Source: Methanocaldococcus sp. 16A
GTDB taxonomy: Archaea > AGJL01 > Methanococci > Methanococcales > Methanocaldococcaceae
Assembly (NCBI GenBank): GCA_049860595.1
Contig: CP187551.1
Direction: 5' to 3' (one strand)
DNA: 64,000 nt
How positions within the stretch are numbered: position 1 is the stretch's first letter; each line of letters opens with the position of its first letter. Positions 42,272-53,177 of this stretch are shown piece by piece. The notes below the pieces were generated by a model, which was given only the letters and a program-made list of their open reading frames with translations, was not told where the DNA came from and did no database searches. The translations under genes and the position numbers were made by a program.

Positions 42272-45205
42272 ATGACAGATATAATGGAAGAATATTTAGA
42301 GATATTTGCTGAAGAAGCAGAAGAACATATACAAACTATCAATGAATGCCTTTTAGAACTTGAAAAAGATCCTTCAAATTTAGACCTGATAAATCAAATT
42401 TTTAGGTCGGCTCATACTATAAAAGGGGGGGCGAGAACAGTTGGTTTATCTCATATTTCAGATTTAACTCACCACATGGAGGATATTTTGGATTACATTA
42501 GAAATGGACAGATTCCTGTAACATCTGAGATTATTGATTTATTGTTTAAATGTTTAGATGCATTAGAAACAATGCTTGAAGAAGTTAAGGCTGGAGAAAC
42601 AGAGACATCTGTTGATGTAAATTCAATTATTGAGGAGATTAAACATCTTAAAGATAAGTATCTTGGTGGAGGTGTTGCAGAATCTAAGCCATCTCAGCCA
42701 TCTGAATCAAAACCTAAGGAAGAAACTACAGAAGTACATAAAGAAGAGACATCTGAAACTGAAAAAAAGAAAACAGAAAAAGAAAAAAAAGAAATAAGAA
42801 AAATAAAATTAAAATATAAAACACCAAAAACTACAGTTAAAGTTAAAAAAGTTATTAAAGAAAAAATTGAGGTAATGCCAGAAGAACCTGAAGAAGAATT
42901 TGAAGTTCCTGAAGACCTCGATGAAATAATCAATGGCATAAATAAATCAGTAGATATTTTCTGCACTTTGGTAGAAGTTGTTGATGACCCAGACCTTAGA
43001 CCATTGATGGAAAAAATTAAGGAATTTGTAAAACAAATATCAGACAAAGATATAAAAGTAAGTATAAAGATTTTTGAGACACTAAAATACATTACAAAAA
43101 TTCTTGAGGATATTGCATCTGGATTAGAACAGGGCAAAAAAGTTAAAGAAATAGGAATTGATATTGATGATGTGATTAATAAAATTGAAGATGCATTAAA
43201 ACCTGAATCTCCAAAAGAACCTGAAATAAAAGAAATTGAAAAAGAAATTGAAATAGAAGTTGAATTAGACCATGAAAAATTTGACCTTAGTGAATTTGTC
43301 AATATCATTAAAGAAAAAGTAGATGGTGGTTATAAGCTATATCACTTAAAAGCCAAAGTTGATGACGAATGTCTTTTAAAATCTGCAAGATTGTCTATGA
43401 TATTGACAAGGATAAAGAATATTGGAGAAATCCTGCTTTCAACACCTACTGAAGGGGAACTAAAAGAACAATCATTTGAAGAATTGGAAGTAATGTTCTT
43501 ATCTGATAAAAGTATTGAAGAAATACAAAAAGAATTAGAAACAGTTCCTGAAATAGATTATATTGCGATATCTCCAGTAGATATTGAATTTGAAGAAGAA
43601 GTAGTTGAAATAGAGGAACCTCAAGAAGAAGGGACTGAAGAAGATATTCCAAACGCATATAAAGTTGTAGTTACACTTGATGATGAATGTCTTTTAAGAG
43701 CGGTAAGAGCTTATATGGTTATTAAAGAACTGCAAAATATTGGTGAGATAGTAAAAACAAATCCTCCAATTGAAACAATACAAGATGGAGAATTTAATGG
43801 AACAAAATTTACAGTTTATATGAAACTAAAAGAAGGTTATGAAACTGATGATATAAAAGATTGTGTGATGAAAGTTCCTGAAATAAAAGATGTCCAAATA
43901 ATTGCTCCTGGAGAAAAAACTTCTAAATCTGAAGAAGAACAAAAATCTGAACAAAAAGAAGAAGTTAAAGCTCAGTTACAGCAACAACAGCAACAAAAAT
44001 CAGAAGAAAAGAAACCAGAACTAAAAAAACCAACAACACATGCCAAAAAAGAAGAGAAAAAATCAACACAAACTATAAGGATAAATATTGAAAAATTAGA
44101 TAAATTAATGAATCTCGTTGGGGAATTGGTAATTACAAGAGCAAATTTCTCACAAATTGCAAATAAGTATCAATTAAAAGAATTAAATAATGCCATTAAT
44201 AGATTGAGTATGTTAATTAATGAGTTGCAGGAAGAAGTAATGGCTATGAGGATGATTCCAGTAGCTTATGTATTTAATAGATTTCCAAGAATGGTTAGGG
44301 ACCTTGCTAAGGCATTAGGTAAAGAAGTAGAGTTTATAATGGAAGGAACTGATATTGAGCTTGATAGAACAGTGTTAGATGAATTAGCTGAACCACTAGT
44401 TCACCTTATTAGAAATGCTCTTGATCATGGTATTGAACCTCCAGAAGAAAGGGAAAAAGTAGGAAAACCACGAAAAGGAGTTTTAAAATTAATAGCCGAA
44501 AGAGAAAGAGACCATGTAAATATCATTGTTGAGGATGATGGTAAAGGTATTGACCCAGAGATAATTAAGAAAAAGGCTATTGAAAGAGGTATTATATCTG
44601 AAGAAGAGGCGAAAAAATTATCAGACCATGAAATTATCAATTTAATATTTATGCCAGGATTTAGTACCGCAGATAAAGTTTCAGATGTTTCTGGTAGAGG
44701 AGTAGGGATGGATGTTGTCAAAACAAAAATTGAATCACTTGGAGGAACTGTTGTTGTATATTCTGAAAAAGGAAAAGGTACAAGGGTTGTTCTTAAACTA
44801 CCACTAACAATGGCAATTATTACAGCCTTGTTAATGAAATTGGCTGACCAAGTATATGCAATACCTATCACAAGTGTTTTAGATGTTACAATGATTAATA
44901 AGGAAGATATTAAAAACATTGAAGGTACAAATGCTATTATATATAGAGATGAGATTATACCTGTAATTTGGCTTAAGGATTTCTTAGGTATGTCGTATTT
45001 AAAAGAAAGTAGCGATGAGCTTACTATAGTAGTTATTGAGAGAAGTGGAGGGAAATTGGGTGTAGTTGTAGATGAAGTTATAGGTAGAGAAGATATAGTA
45101 GTTAAGTCACTTACTGGGATATTGAAAAATATACCTGGTCTTGCAGGAGCAACAATTCTTGGAGACGGTAGAGTAGCGTTGATATTGGATTTAAGTAGTG
45201 CTTAA
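42272..45205 (+). CDS. cheA: Chemotaxis histidine kinase, 977 aa
   Basis: FRSAHTIKG (P1), two P2-like repeats, HLIRNALDHG, DDGKG, SGRGVGMDVVK, C-terminal CheW-like domain. Confidence 0.97.
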   Translation: MTDIMEEYLEIFAEEAEEHIQTINECLLELEKDPSNLDLINQIFRSAHTIKGGARTVGLSHISDLTHHMEDILDYIRNGQIPVTSEIIDLLFKCLDALETMLEEVKAGETETSVDVNSIIEEIKHLKDKYLGGGVAESKPSQPSESKPKEETTEVHKEETSETEKKKTEKEKKEIRKIKLKYKTPKTTVKVKKVIKEKIEVMPEEPEEEFEVPEDLDEIINGINKSVDIFCTLVEVVDDPDLRPLMEKIKEFVKQISDKDIKVSIKIFETLKYITKILEDIASGLEQGKKVKEIGIDIDDVINKIEDALKPESPKEPEIKEIEKEIEIEVELDHEKFDLSEFVNIIKEKVDGGYKLYHLKAKVDDECLLKSARLSMILTRIKNIGEILLSTPTEGELKEQSFEELEVMFLSDKSIEEIQKELETVPEIDYIAISPVDIEFEEEVVEIEEPQEEGTEEDIPNAYKVVVTLDDECLLRAVRAYMVIKELQNIGEIVKTNPPIETIQDGEFNGTKFTVYMKLKEGYETDDIKDCVMKVPEIKDVQIIAPGEKTSKSEEEQKSEQKEEVKAQLQQQQQQKSEEKKPELKKPTTHAKKEEKKSTQTIRINIEKLDKLMNLVGELVITRANFSQIANKYQLKELNNAINRLSMLINELQEEVMAMRMIPVAYVFNRFPRMVRDLAKALGKEVEFIMEGTDIELDRTVLDELAEPLVHLIRNALDHGIEPPEEREKVGKPRKGVLKLIAERERDHVNIIVEDDGKGIDPEIIKKKAIERGIISEEEAKKLSDHEIINLIFMPGFSTADKVSDVSGRGVGMDVVKTKIESLGGTVVVYSEKGKGTRVVLKLPLTMAIITALLMKLADQVYAIPITSVLDVTMINKEDIKNIEGTNAIIYRDEIIPVIWLKDFLGMSYLKESSDELTIVVIERSGGKLGVVVDEVIGREDIVVKSLTGILKNIPGLAGATILGDGRVALILDLSSA

Positions 45206-45282
45206 TCTATTTTTGTTAATTTAATTTATTGTATTTTCAGGTTAGCATATTTATATTTATAAATATATTAGGATTCTATTAA

Positions 45283-45762
45283 ATGTGTAGGGTTGTTAAT
45301 ATGGTAATTAAAGTTAGGATAGGGGGTTTGGAAGTGGCGAGAAGTCCTGAGGTGTTAGAGACATTACTGGGCTCTTGTGTAGCCATTATGTTATATGATA
45401 CTGGTAAGAGGATTGGAGGTATGGCTCACTCAGTACTTCCTGAAACCCGTGATGAAAATGTTAGAGACCCTGGAAAGTATGTAAATACTGCAATACCTGC
45501 ATTGATAACAAAAATGGCTATAGCAGGAGCGAGGACTAACAAGTTAGTTGCTAAACTTGCTGGTGGAGCTGCAATGTTTAAAACAGATAATTCTTTAAAT
45601 GTTGGAGCTAAAAATGTAGAAATGGCAAAAAAATTATTAAAACAATATGGAATTCCATTAAAAGGTGAGGATACGGGAGGAAATAGAAGTAGAGTTGTAA
45701 AGTTTTATTTGAGAGATGGTAAAGTAGAGGTTAGAAAAGGTGGAAAAATAATAACTATTTAA
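45283..45762 (+). CDS. cheD: Chemoreceptor glutamine deamidase
   Basis: TLLGSCVAI, GGMAHSVLP, AKLAGGAAMF, EDTGG..SR. Confidence 0.95.
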   Translation: MCRVVNMVIKVRIGGLEVARSPEVLETLLGSCVAIMLYDTGKRIGGMAHSVLPETRDENVRDPGKYVNTAIPALITKMAIAGARTNKLVAKLAGGAAMFKTDNSLNVGAKNVEMAKKLLKQYGIPLKGEDTGGNRSRVVKFYLRDGKVEVRKGGKIITI

Positions 45763-45764
45763 GA

Positions 45765-47471
45765 TTATGGCTCTACAGGATATCCTTTTTCCCTCCAAGC
45801 CTGTAATCCACCTTCCATATTATAAACTTCATAACCATGTTCTTTTAATATCATGTATCCTCTTGGACTTGTGAATCCTAATTTACAATATACAATAATC
45901 TTTTTGTCTTTGGGAATTTCATTTAATCTACTTTTAAGTTCATCTATTGGAATATGGATTGAATTTGGTATTTTTCCATCGTATTTATCTTTTGGGACTA
46001 CATTAACAAAGAACCATTCATCATTATTTAATAATTTTACTGCTTCATCTACAGTAATATTTTTAGTTGTTTTAATTTTCATAATATTATCTTTAACTGA
46101 CTTTGAGACCTTTTCTAAGTTTATGATAACCTCTTCAATTTCTTCAATAGCTTTTCTTTCTTCTTCAGCATTTGCTGAGAGTTCTTCAGCAGTAGCTGTA
46201 AATTCCTCAGATATTGAAGCAATATCTTGAACATCTTTCAAAGCTTTTTCCATATTCTCAATTGTAACCTTGGCAGATTTTCTTATATCCTTTATTTTAT
46301 CAGTAGTGTTGTCAATACTTTCTTTTATTTGTAGAAATACTGCATTAACTTCATCAACTGCAACAACACCTTTATCTACTTCATTTCTACCAACCATTCC
46401 AAGATTAACAGTTTTTTCGATTTGATTATATATTTCTTCGACAGTTTTATTAATATCATCGACAGATTTACCAATTTCTTCAGCTAAGCTTTTGATTTCA
46501 CTTGCTACAACTGCAAAACCTCTTCCTGCTTCTCCAGCCCTTGCTGCTTCTATAGATGCGTTTAATGCCAATAACCCAGTTTGTTCAGCGATATCTTTAA
46601 TAAGAGAGGTAATCTCATTGATTTTTTTAGATTTGTCCCCAAGTTCTTGTATTGCTTTACTTAAATCTTCAATAACATTTGATATTTTTTGCATAGCTTC
46701 AACTGCATTTTCAATCTTTTTTATACCTTCATCAGCTTTTTTACTGGCTTCTATTGATACTTTTTCACCTTCCTCAGACAACTGTTCGGTTCTTTTTGCA
46801 AGTTCGTCTGTTTTTTCAACTTCTTGGGTAACATCTTGTAGTTTGGATGATTGGTCTGATGCAGCCATTGCTACTTGTTGTGCAGCATCAGTCATTTGTT
46901 CTATGGCTTCATGGGCTTTTTTTGTTTCTTTTCTTAGTACTTCAATCTGCACATTTAGATATAAAACCTCTTTTCTTATATTTTCAATAATTGTAGATAT
47001 ATTGTCTATTGCTTTATTAAACATTTTTTGAAATCTATTTCTTTTTCTATTTTCATTTAATCTTATTGAAAAATCTCCTTTAGCTAAATGCTCTAATGCT
47101 TCTAAAGCTTCTCTAAAAGTCTGTGAAAGCTCTATTTCTGTCTGTTTTAATTTTTCTTCTTTTTCTTTTAGAGATTTTATAAGGTGAATAATTTTCTCGT
47201 ACAGTAATTTAAATTCATGGTTTTTTATTTTAGTGTCTAATTCAAATCCTTCAATAGAATTCTCTCTTTCAAATTTTTCAATTAACTTTATAATTTCTTC
47301 AATAGGACATAAAATTAATTTTTTTACTGATAGTGTAATAATTATGGAAAATATTATCCCAAGCAATGTCAAAATATATATATTTCCAAAAAGGTTTGAG
47401 ATAATAACAATACATAAATATAAAACTACTGAAATCAAAAATACTTTATAATCTAATTTCAGACCACCCAT
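45765..47471 (-). CDS. Methyl-accepting chemotaxis protein fused to a C-terminal rhodanese domain
   Basis: 2 adjacent TM helices, MCP signalling domain, then IPNSIHIP...[11 protein letters not shown]...[18 protein letters not shown]. Confidence 0.92.
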   Translation of the reverse strand: MGGLKLDYKVFLISVVLYLCIVIISNLFGNIYILTLLGIIFSIIITLSVKKLILCPIEEIIKLIEKFERENSIEGFELDTKIKNHEFKLLYEKIIHLIKSLKEKEEKLKQTEIELSQTFREALEALEHLAKGDFSIRLNENRKRNRFQKMFNKAIDNISTIIENIRKEVLYLNVQIEVLRKETKKAHEAIEQMTDAAQQVAMAASDQSSKLQDVTQEVEKTDELAKRTEQLSEEGEKVSIEASKKADEGIKKIENAVEAMQKISNVIEDLSKAIQELGDKSKKINEITSLIKDIAEQTGLLALNASIEAARAGEAGRGFAVVASEIKSLAEEIGKSVDDINKTVEEIYNQIEKTVNLGMVGRNEVDKGVVAVDEVNAVFLQIKESIDNTTDKIKDIRKSAKVTIENMEKALKDVQDIASISEEFTATAEELSANAEEERKAIEEIEEVIINLEKVSKSVKDNIMKIKTTKNITVDEAVKLLNNDEWFFVNVVPKDKYDGKIPNSIHIPIDELKSRLNEIPKDKKIIVYCKLGFTSPRGYMILKEHGYEVYNMEGGLQAWREKGYPVEP

Positions 47472-47579
47472 AAAACCCCACCAATTAGTTTCATTTATAA
47501 TAGTCTATTGTATGTTACTTCTATTTATTTATAGTTATTATAGATATCATTAATATTAATAGGTTAAATATTTTAGTTA

Positions 47580-48476
47580 ATGTGTGAAATCATGGAATTT
47601 TCAGAATGGACAAAAAATAAAAGAAAATTAAACAGCTTAGAAGAATTAAAAAGAGACATTATAGAGCAATTTAAAGAAAAAGATGTTTTAAATGAAGGAA
47701 TTGTAGTTATGGCGAGTGGTGGAAAAGATAGCTCAACAGCTATAGCCTTGGCTAAGGATTTGGGATTAAATATAAAGTATCTAATACATTTCTACCACAG
47801 ATGGAGTTGGGATATTTCAAAAAAAATGGTTGAAAAGCTCTCTGAGAAATTTGATATCCCAGTAATATTTTATGATATTACTCCAGAATTGTTAAAAAGA
47901 ACTAAAGGAGCTAAAGGAAGCAGTATATGCAGAATATGTAAAAATATCATGAAAGATAAGGCTGTTGATATAGCTAAAGAAAAAGGAATTAGAATAATTA
48001 TGACTGGCGATTCAGCTCTCGAGAAAATTTCAGGAGCTGTTATGAATTATTTGAGAGATGTTTATGGAGAAGTAATTTATAACAAAATGGAACTAACTCC
48101 TGTGCCTCAAAAATATAGCAAGGGGAAAGATAAAGAAATCTTATTTTTTAGACCATTGATAAGGTTGGCTTTTGAAGATGTTTTAAATTTAATGAATTAT
48201 TATAACTTAAAAATAGAGAGAGCTCATGAAGTTGGGGACAAGATAGGATTTTGGAGGGAGGGATGTTGTTTGCAATATGCTGATGAAAATGCCCAATTAA
48301 ATGAGAAACTCTTTAATGAACTCTATAGATATAACAAAATAGCCACTGAAATAGCAAGAAAATATGGATTTAGGGCTTCTATAAAACTGCCCTCTAAAAA
48401 GATTTTAACTGTGCCTAAAAAAGAAGAATATATAAGATTAATAAAAAACTCTTTGAGGGATGTAGATGAAAGTTAA
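47580..48476 (+). CDS. PP-loop (adenine nucleotide alpha hydrolase) family protein, TtcA/TtuA-like
   Basis: [21 protein letters not shown]. Confidence 0.75.
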   Translation: MCEIMEFSEWTKNKRKLNSLEELKRDIIEQFKEKDVLNEGIVVMASGGKDSSTAIALAKDLGLNIKYLIHFYHRWSWDISKKMVEKLSEKFDIPVIFYDITPELLKRTKGAKGSSICRICKNIMKDKAVDIAKEKGIRIIMTGDSALEKISGAVMNYLRDVYGEVIYNKMELTPVPQKYSKGKDKEILFFRPLIRLAFEDVLNLMNYYNLKIERAHEVGDKIGFWREGCCLQYADENAQLNEKLFNELYRYNKIATEIARKYGFRASIKLPSKKILTVPKKEEYIRLIKNSLRDVDES

Positions 48477-49062
48477 AATTTATAGAGTTAGCGGGATTAC
48501 TGGAATTTTTTTAATATTTTTAATTTTATTGCTATTGGTAATCTTGGCATTAGTTGCTTTGCCAGTATTTTTAATTCTAATGGCAATATTTGGAGGATAT
48601 ATTCTATTAAAATATAAAGTAAAATCACTCTTCAAAAAAATTTGGTATAAACTTAGGAGGAAAAAGATAAAAATTGAGGATGCCTCAACAAATGGTGAGG
48701 TAAAGATAAATTTTGCTAAGAGAATAGAGATAGAAGATAGTAAAATAGAGACAAATAACATAAACACTTTATTAGATTATTTGGATGAAAATACAAAAAC
48801 ATTTGCCTATTATTTAAAAAATATTGGGGCAGAGTTTAGAGATGATGGAATATACTTTAAAGGATTCAAAATATATCCAATATTTAAAAAGTCCTATCCA
48901 ATAAATGAAATTATAAAACTAAATTATCCAAAAAACATTGATGCAGTTGTTTTAGGATTAAAAGGAGAACCTTATGAGCCAAAATTTTTATATTTAATTC
49001 CAAAAGAGTTTTTAAAAGAAAGAATGAGTCTGTCAGAATTAAAAAACTTTGAAATTAAATAA
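48466..49062 (+). CDS. Hypothetical membrane protein
   Basis: Long N-terminal hydrophobic segment; overlaps upstream gene. Confidence 0.7.
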   Translation: MKVKIYRVSGITGIFLIFLILLLLVILALVALPVFLILMAIFGGYILLKYKVKSLFKKIWYKLRRKKIKIEDASTNGEVKINFAKRIEIEDSKIETNNINTLLDYLDENTKTFAYYLKNIGAEFRDDGIYFKGFKIYPIFKKSYPINEIIKLNYPKNIDAVVLGLKGEPYEPKFLYLIPKEFLKERMSLSELKNFEIK

Positions 49063-49083
49063 ATAAAATAATTATCAATCTCA

Positions 49084-50658
49084 TTATAAATTAACAACTG
49101 CAATATCTTTAATATTTGGAATTTCTTTTATTTTTTCAACGACTTCATCAGGAACTGTGTGGTCTAAGTTTAAGAGCATAACACTCTCTCCTCCAGGCTC
49201 TTTTCTACCAACTTGCATGCCAGCAATGTTTATTCCATAATCTCCCAAAGTTATGCAAACTCTACCAATTGTGCCAGGTCTGTCAATATGTTTAACAATT
49301 GCTAAAACTCCTTCAGGGATGAAATTAACTTCATATCCATCAACTTCTAAGATAACTGGTTTGTTATTTATAATAGCTCCAACTATTGAGAATTTCTTCT
49401 TATCACTTTCAGCAGTAATTTTTATGGCATTTCCATATTTTTCTTCTGATGTTGTACTTTCAACCACATTTATATTTCTATTTTTGGCTATAACAGGGGC
49501 ATTGACTAAATTAATTCCAGCTAATAGTATTGGTGATAAAAGCCCTTTTAAGAAAGCTCTTTTTATTAAATCAGTTTTTTCTTTAGCAAGTTCTCCTGAG
49601 TATATAAGCTCTACTCTACCAACAGAGCCATCTAATACTTGCATGACAATGTTTCCAAGGACTTCTGCCAATAACATATATGGCTTTAACTTTCCTAACT
49701 TTTCTTGAGGAATGTTTGGCATATTTACAACATTTTCAGCTAATTCTCCTTTCAAAACTTTCTTTATTTGCTCAGCTACAATAGTTCCAGCAGCTTTTTG
49801 AGCCTCTTCAGTTGAAGCTCCCTGATGAGGAGTTCCTATAACATTATCTAATGTCAATAATGGGTTGTCTTTTGGTGGTTCTTCTTCAAAAACATCCAGA
49901 GCAGCAGCTCTAATTTTTTTATCTTTTAGAGCTTCATATAATGCTTTTTCATCAATAAGCCCTCCTCTTGCACAATTAACAATTATAGCATTCTTTTTCA
50001 TTAAAGCTATTTGCTCTTTTCCAATAATATGTCTTGTTTTTGGTGTTAATGGAACGTGTAAGGTTATGAAATCAGCCCTCTTACATAACTCGTTTATGTC
50101 ATCAACCAATTCAACGCCCAAACTTTCAGCAACTTCCTTTGGGATGTATGGATCGTAGCCTATAATATTCATTCCAAATGCCTTAGCTCTCTTAACGACT
50201 TGTTGCCCTATTCTTCCTAAACCAATAACTCCAAGTGTTTTTCCATACAATTCAATACCTTTAAATCTCTTTCTATCCCATTCTCCTCTTTTTAATGATG
50301 CTGTTGCTTGAGGTATGTTTCTCGCTGCAGCAAGCATTAATCCCATTGTTAATTCTGCAACTGAAATTGATGAAGCGTCAGGGGCATTAACTACTATAAT
50401 CCCTTTTTCTGTTGCTGCTTCAACATCTATGTTATCTACTCCAACCCCTGCTCTACCAATAACCTTTAATTTTTCAGCTTTCTCAATAACATCTCTTGTA
50501 ACTTTTGTCCCACTTCTAACAACCAAAACTTCTGCATCTTTAATTTTCTCTAATAATTCTTCTTTACTTAAATTAGTTGCTACCTCAACCTCTCCAACTT
50601 CTTCCAATATCTTTATAGCATCTTCATGTAGAGGGTCTGTAACCAATATCTTAACCAT
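49084..50658 (-). CDS. serA: D-3-phosphoglycerate dehydrogenase
   Basis: [29 protein letters not shown]-terminal ACT domain (DRPG). Confidence 0.97.
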   Translation of the reverse strand: MVKILVTDPLHEDAIKILEEVGEVEVATNLSKEELLEKIKDAEVLVVRSGTKVTRDVIEKAEKLKVIGRAGVGVDNIDVEAATEKGIIVVNAPDASSISVAELTMGLMLAAARNIPQATASLKRGEWDRKRFKGIELYGKTLGVIGLGRIGQQVVKRAKAFGMNIIGYDPYIPKEVAESLGVELVDDINELCKRADFITLHVPLTPKTRHIIGKEQIALMKKNAIIVNCARGGLIDEKALYEALKDKKIRAAALDVFEEEPPKDNPLLTLDNVIGTPHQGASTEEAQKAAGTIVAEQIKKVLKGELAENVVNMPNIPQEKLGKLKPYMLLAEVLGNIVMQVLDGSVGRVELIYSGELAKEKTDLIKRAFLKGLLSPILLAGINLVNAPVIAKNRNINVVESTTSEEKYGNAIKITAESDKKKFSIVGAIINNKPVILEVDGYEVNFIPEGVLAIVKHIDRPGTIGRVCITLGDYGINIAGMQVGRKEPGGESVMLLNLDHTVPDEVVEKIKEIPNIKDIAVVNL

Positions 50659-50777
50659 GCCTATTCACCATTTCATCATTATTAACAACCATAAATTATA
50701 AAATGGATAATATCTTCTTAAAGCAGTAGATAGATGATTATCCCAATCATATATATATGTGATAGTTTATAGGTATT

Positions 50778-51854
50778 TTGGTGAAATATATGGAGGCAGT
50801 GTTAGTTTTAGAAGATGGGACAATTTTAAAAGGAAAAGGTTTTGGAGCAGAAAAAGAAGTTTTTGGAGAGTTAGTTTTTACAACAGTTATGACAGGTTAT
50901 GTTGAAGTTTTAACAGACCCTTCATATAAAGGACAAATAGTCATGATGACGTATCCATTGGAAGGGAATTATGGAGTTAAAAAGGATTGGTTTGAGTCAG
51001 ATGGAATAAAGGCAGAGGGTTTTGTTGTTAGAGAAGTTACAAGTAAAGCTTTAGATGACTTTTTAAAGGAATATGATATCCCTGGGATTCAAGATATTGA
51101 TACAAGATTCTTAACAAGAAAGATTAGAGATAAAGGGGTTGTTAAGAGCTGTTTAAAGGTTGCTGAAGAAATAAGTGATGATGAAATATCTGAGTTATTA
51201 GAGAAAGTGAGAAAATATAATGATATATCAGATATTGACTTAGTTCCTTTAGTTTCAACAAAAGAACCAAAAATTCATAAGGTAGAGAACCCAAAAGCAA
51301 GATGTGTTCTAATTGATTGTGGAGTTAAATTAAATATAATAAGAAGCTTAGTTAAAAGAAACTGTGAAGTTATTCAAGTCCCATACAACACAAAATATGA
51401 TGAAATCTTAGAATATAATCCAGATTTTGTTTTAATCTCTAACGGTCCAGGAGACCCTGCAAGGTTAAAAGAAGTTATTGATAATATTAAAAACTTAATT
51501 GGAATTGTTCCAATAACAGGAATTTGTTTAGGTAACCAGCTTTTAGCCTTAGCATTTGGTGGAGAAACATACAAGATGAAGTTTGGACATAGAGGAGGAA
51601 ACCAGCCAGTTAAAAACTTAGAGACAGAAAAAGTTTATATAACCTCCCAAAACCATGGATTTGCTGTTAAGGAAGAGAGCTTGCCAGATGATGTTGAAGT
51701 GTGCTTTATAAATCTAAACGATATGACTGTTGAAGGTATTAGACATAAAGATTTGCCTATCTTTTCAGTCCAATTCCACCCAGAAGCAAGACCAGGACCT
51801 CATGACACAATGTTTTTGTTTGATGAAATGATAAAACTAAAGGATAGAAAGTAA
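50778..51854 (+). CDS. carA: Carbamoyl-phosphate synthase small subunit
   Basis: [34 protein letters not shown]. Confidence 0.97.
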   Translation: MVKYMEAVLVLEDGTILKGKGFGAEKEVFGELVFTTVMTGYVEVLTDPSYKGQIVMMTYPLEGNYGVKKDWFESDGIKAEGFVVREVTSKALDDFLKEYDIPGIQDIDTRFLTRKIRDKGVVKSCLKVAEEISDDEISELLEKVRKYNDISDIDLVPLVSTKEPKIHKVENPKARCVLIDCGVKLNIIRSLVKRNCEVIQVPYNTKYDEILEYNPDFVLISNGPGDPARLKEVIDNIKNLIGIVPITGICLGNQLLALAFGGETYKMKFGHRGGNQPVKNLETEKVYITSQNHGFAVKEESLPDDVEVCFINLNDMTVEGIRHKDLPIFSVQFHPEARPGPHDTMFLFDEMIKLKDRK

Positions 51855-51882
51855 ATAAATTTTTTAATAAATTTTTTGTCCA

Positions 51883-52662
51883 ATGGGGAGAATTATGGAT
51901 TATGAGGAGTTAAGATTATTGGAGGGAATTCCAAAAATGATTTATGATGAATTAACTAAAAATAAAAAGGTCAATACTTTTTTAAAAATGTCAAATATAA
52001 TGGCTGTTGGTAGATTAGGCTATAACGACCACGGAAAAACTCATGCTAAAATAGTGGCAAACAATGCAATAAAGATGCTAAAAATTTTACATAAAAAAGG
52101 AATAGAACCAAGTTTTGTAAAAGACTGCAAAGGAACGTTTGAAGATTCTTTAGTTATAACTCTTTTGGGAGCTTATCTCCACGATATTGGAAATGCAGTG
52201 CATAGGGATATACACCATTTACATTCAGCATACTTAGCTTTAGATATTGTTGAAAATATATTAAAAAAGTATTATAAAGAAGAGAAAGCTTATCAAATGA
52301 CTACTGAAGTTTTACATGCTATTTATTCTCATAGTGAGGGAATTATGGGCTTAACTATTGAGGCAGGTGTTATAGCTGTTGCAGATGGAACAGATATGAC
52401 AAAAGGAAGGTCAAGAGTCCCAATATGTAAAAAATGCTATGATATACATTCAGTTTCAGCGGCATCCATTGAAAAGGTTAAAATAAAAGAAGGAGCTGAG
52501 AAGCCAATACAAATAGAGATAATATTATCAAATGAAGCAGGAATATTCCAAATTCAGGAAGTTTTGGGAGAGAAAATAAAATGGAGTGGAATAAAAGATT
52601 ACATTTCAGTATATGCAAGAGTAGAGAAAGAAAAACCAGTATTTAAAGAGATTAATCTTTAA
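51883..52662 (+). CDS. HD-domain metal-dependent phosphohydrolase
   Basis: DHGKTH, YLHDIGN, HH, AIYSH, VADGTD. Confidence 0.88.
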   Translation: MGRIMDYEELRLLEGIPKMIYDELTKNKKVNTFLKMSNIMAVGRLGYNDHGKTHAKIVANNAIKMLKILHKKGIEPSFVKDCKGTFEDSLVITLLGAYLHDIGNAVHRDIHHLHSAYLALDIVENILKKYYKEEKAYQMTTEVLHAIYSHSEGIMGLTIEAGVIAVADGTDMTKGRSRVPICKKCYDIHSVSAASIEKVKIKEGAEKPIQIEIILSNEAGIFQIQEVLGEKIKWSGIKDYISVYARVEKEKPVFKEINL

Positions 52663-52678
52663 TAGAAAAAAGTCCTAT

Positions 52679-53170
52679 TTAGTTGCAAACGTCTTCTTTT
52701 TGCTCTTTATCTTCGCATTTCAAATTTTCTAAGTATTTTGAAAACTCTTCTAAATCTGAGGAGCCTATTTTTGATATTGATTCATTTATTATTATAGCTC
52801 TTAACTCATTCTCAACTGTTTTAAGTTTATCATTTAGCTCTTCTATTTCTTTATTTATATTCCATCTCACAGCTTCAAGCTCTTTTGTATCAATTTTATC
52901 AATAATATCTAACATTTCAACAATTTTCAAAAAAACAGGAATATTAGTATATTTACTTAACCTTGGTAATATTGATTTTATAATATCCGCATCCCTTTTA
53001 AGATGCTTTAGATTTACATCTAAGTTTTCAAAATCTTCAAGGATATTTTCTAAATAACTAATTTCATCTTTTGTTTTTATATAGTCCTTTAATAAATCCC
53101 TCAATTTTTCTTTTTCTTCAAAGTTTTTATCTTTTAATAATAGTAGCTCAGCTACTCTCTCAATTCCCAT
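52679..53170 (-). CDS. Hypothetical coiled-coil protein
   Basis: Clean ORF 7 nt downstream of arcS on same strand; helical composition. Confidence 0.7.
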   Translation of the reverse strand: MGIERVAELLLLKDKNFEEKEKLRDLLKDYIKTKDEISYLENILEDFENLDVNLKHLKRDADIIKSILPRLSKYTNIPVFLKIVEMLDIIDKIDTKELEAVRWNINKEIEELNDKLKTVENELRAIIINESISKIGSSDLEEFSKYLENLKCEDKEQKEDVCN

Positions 53171-53177
53171 TAACTAT

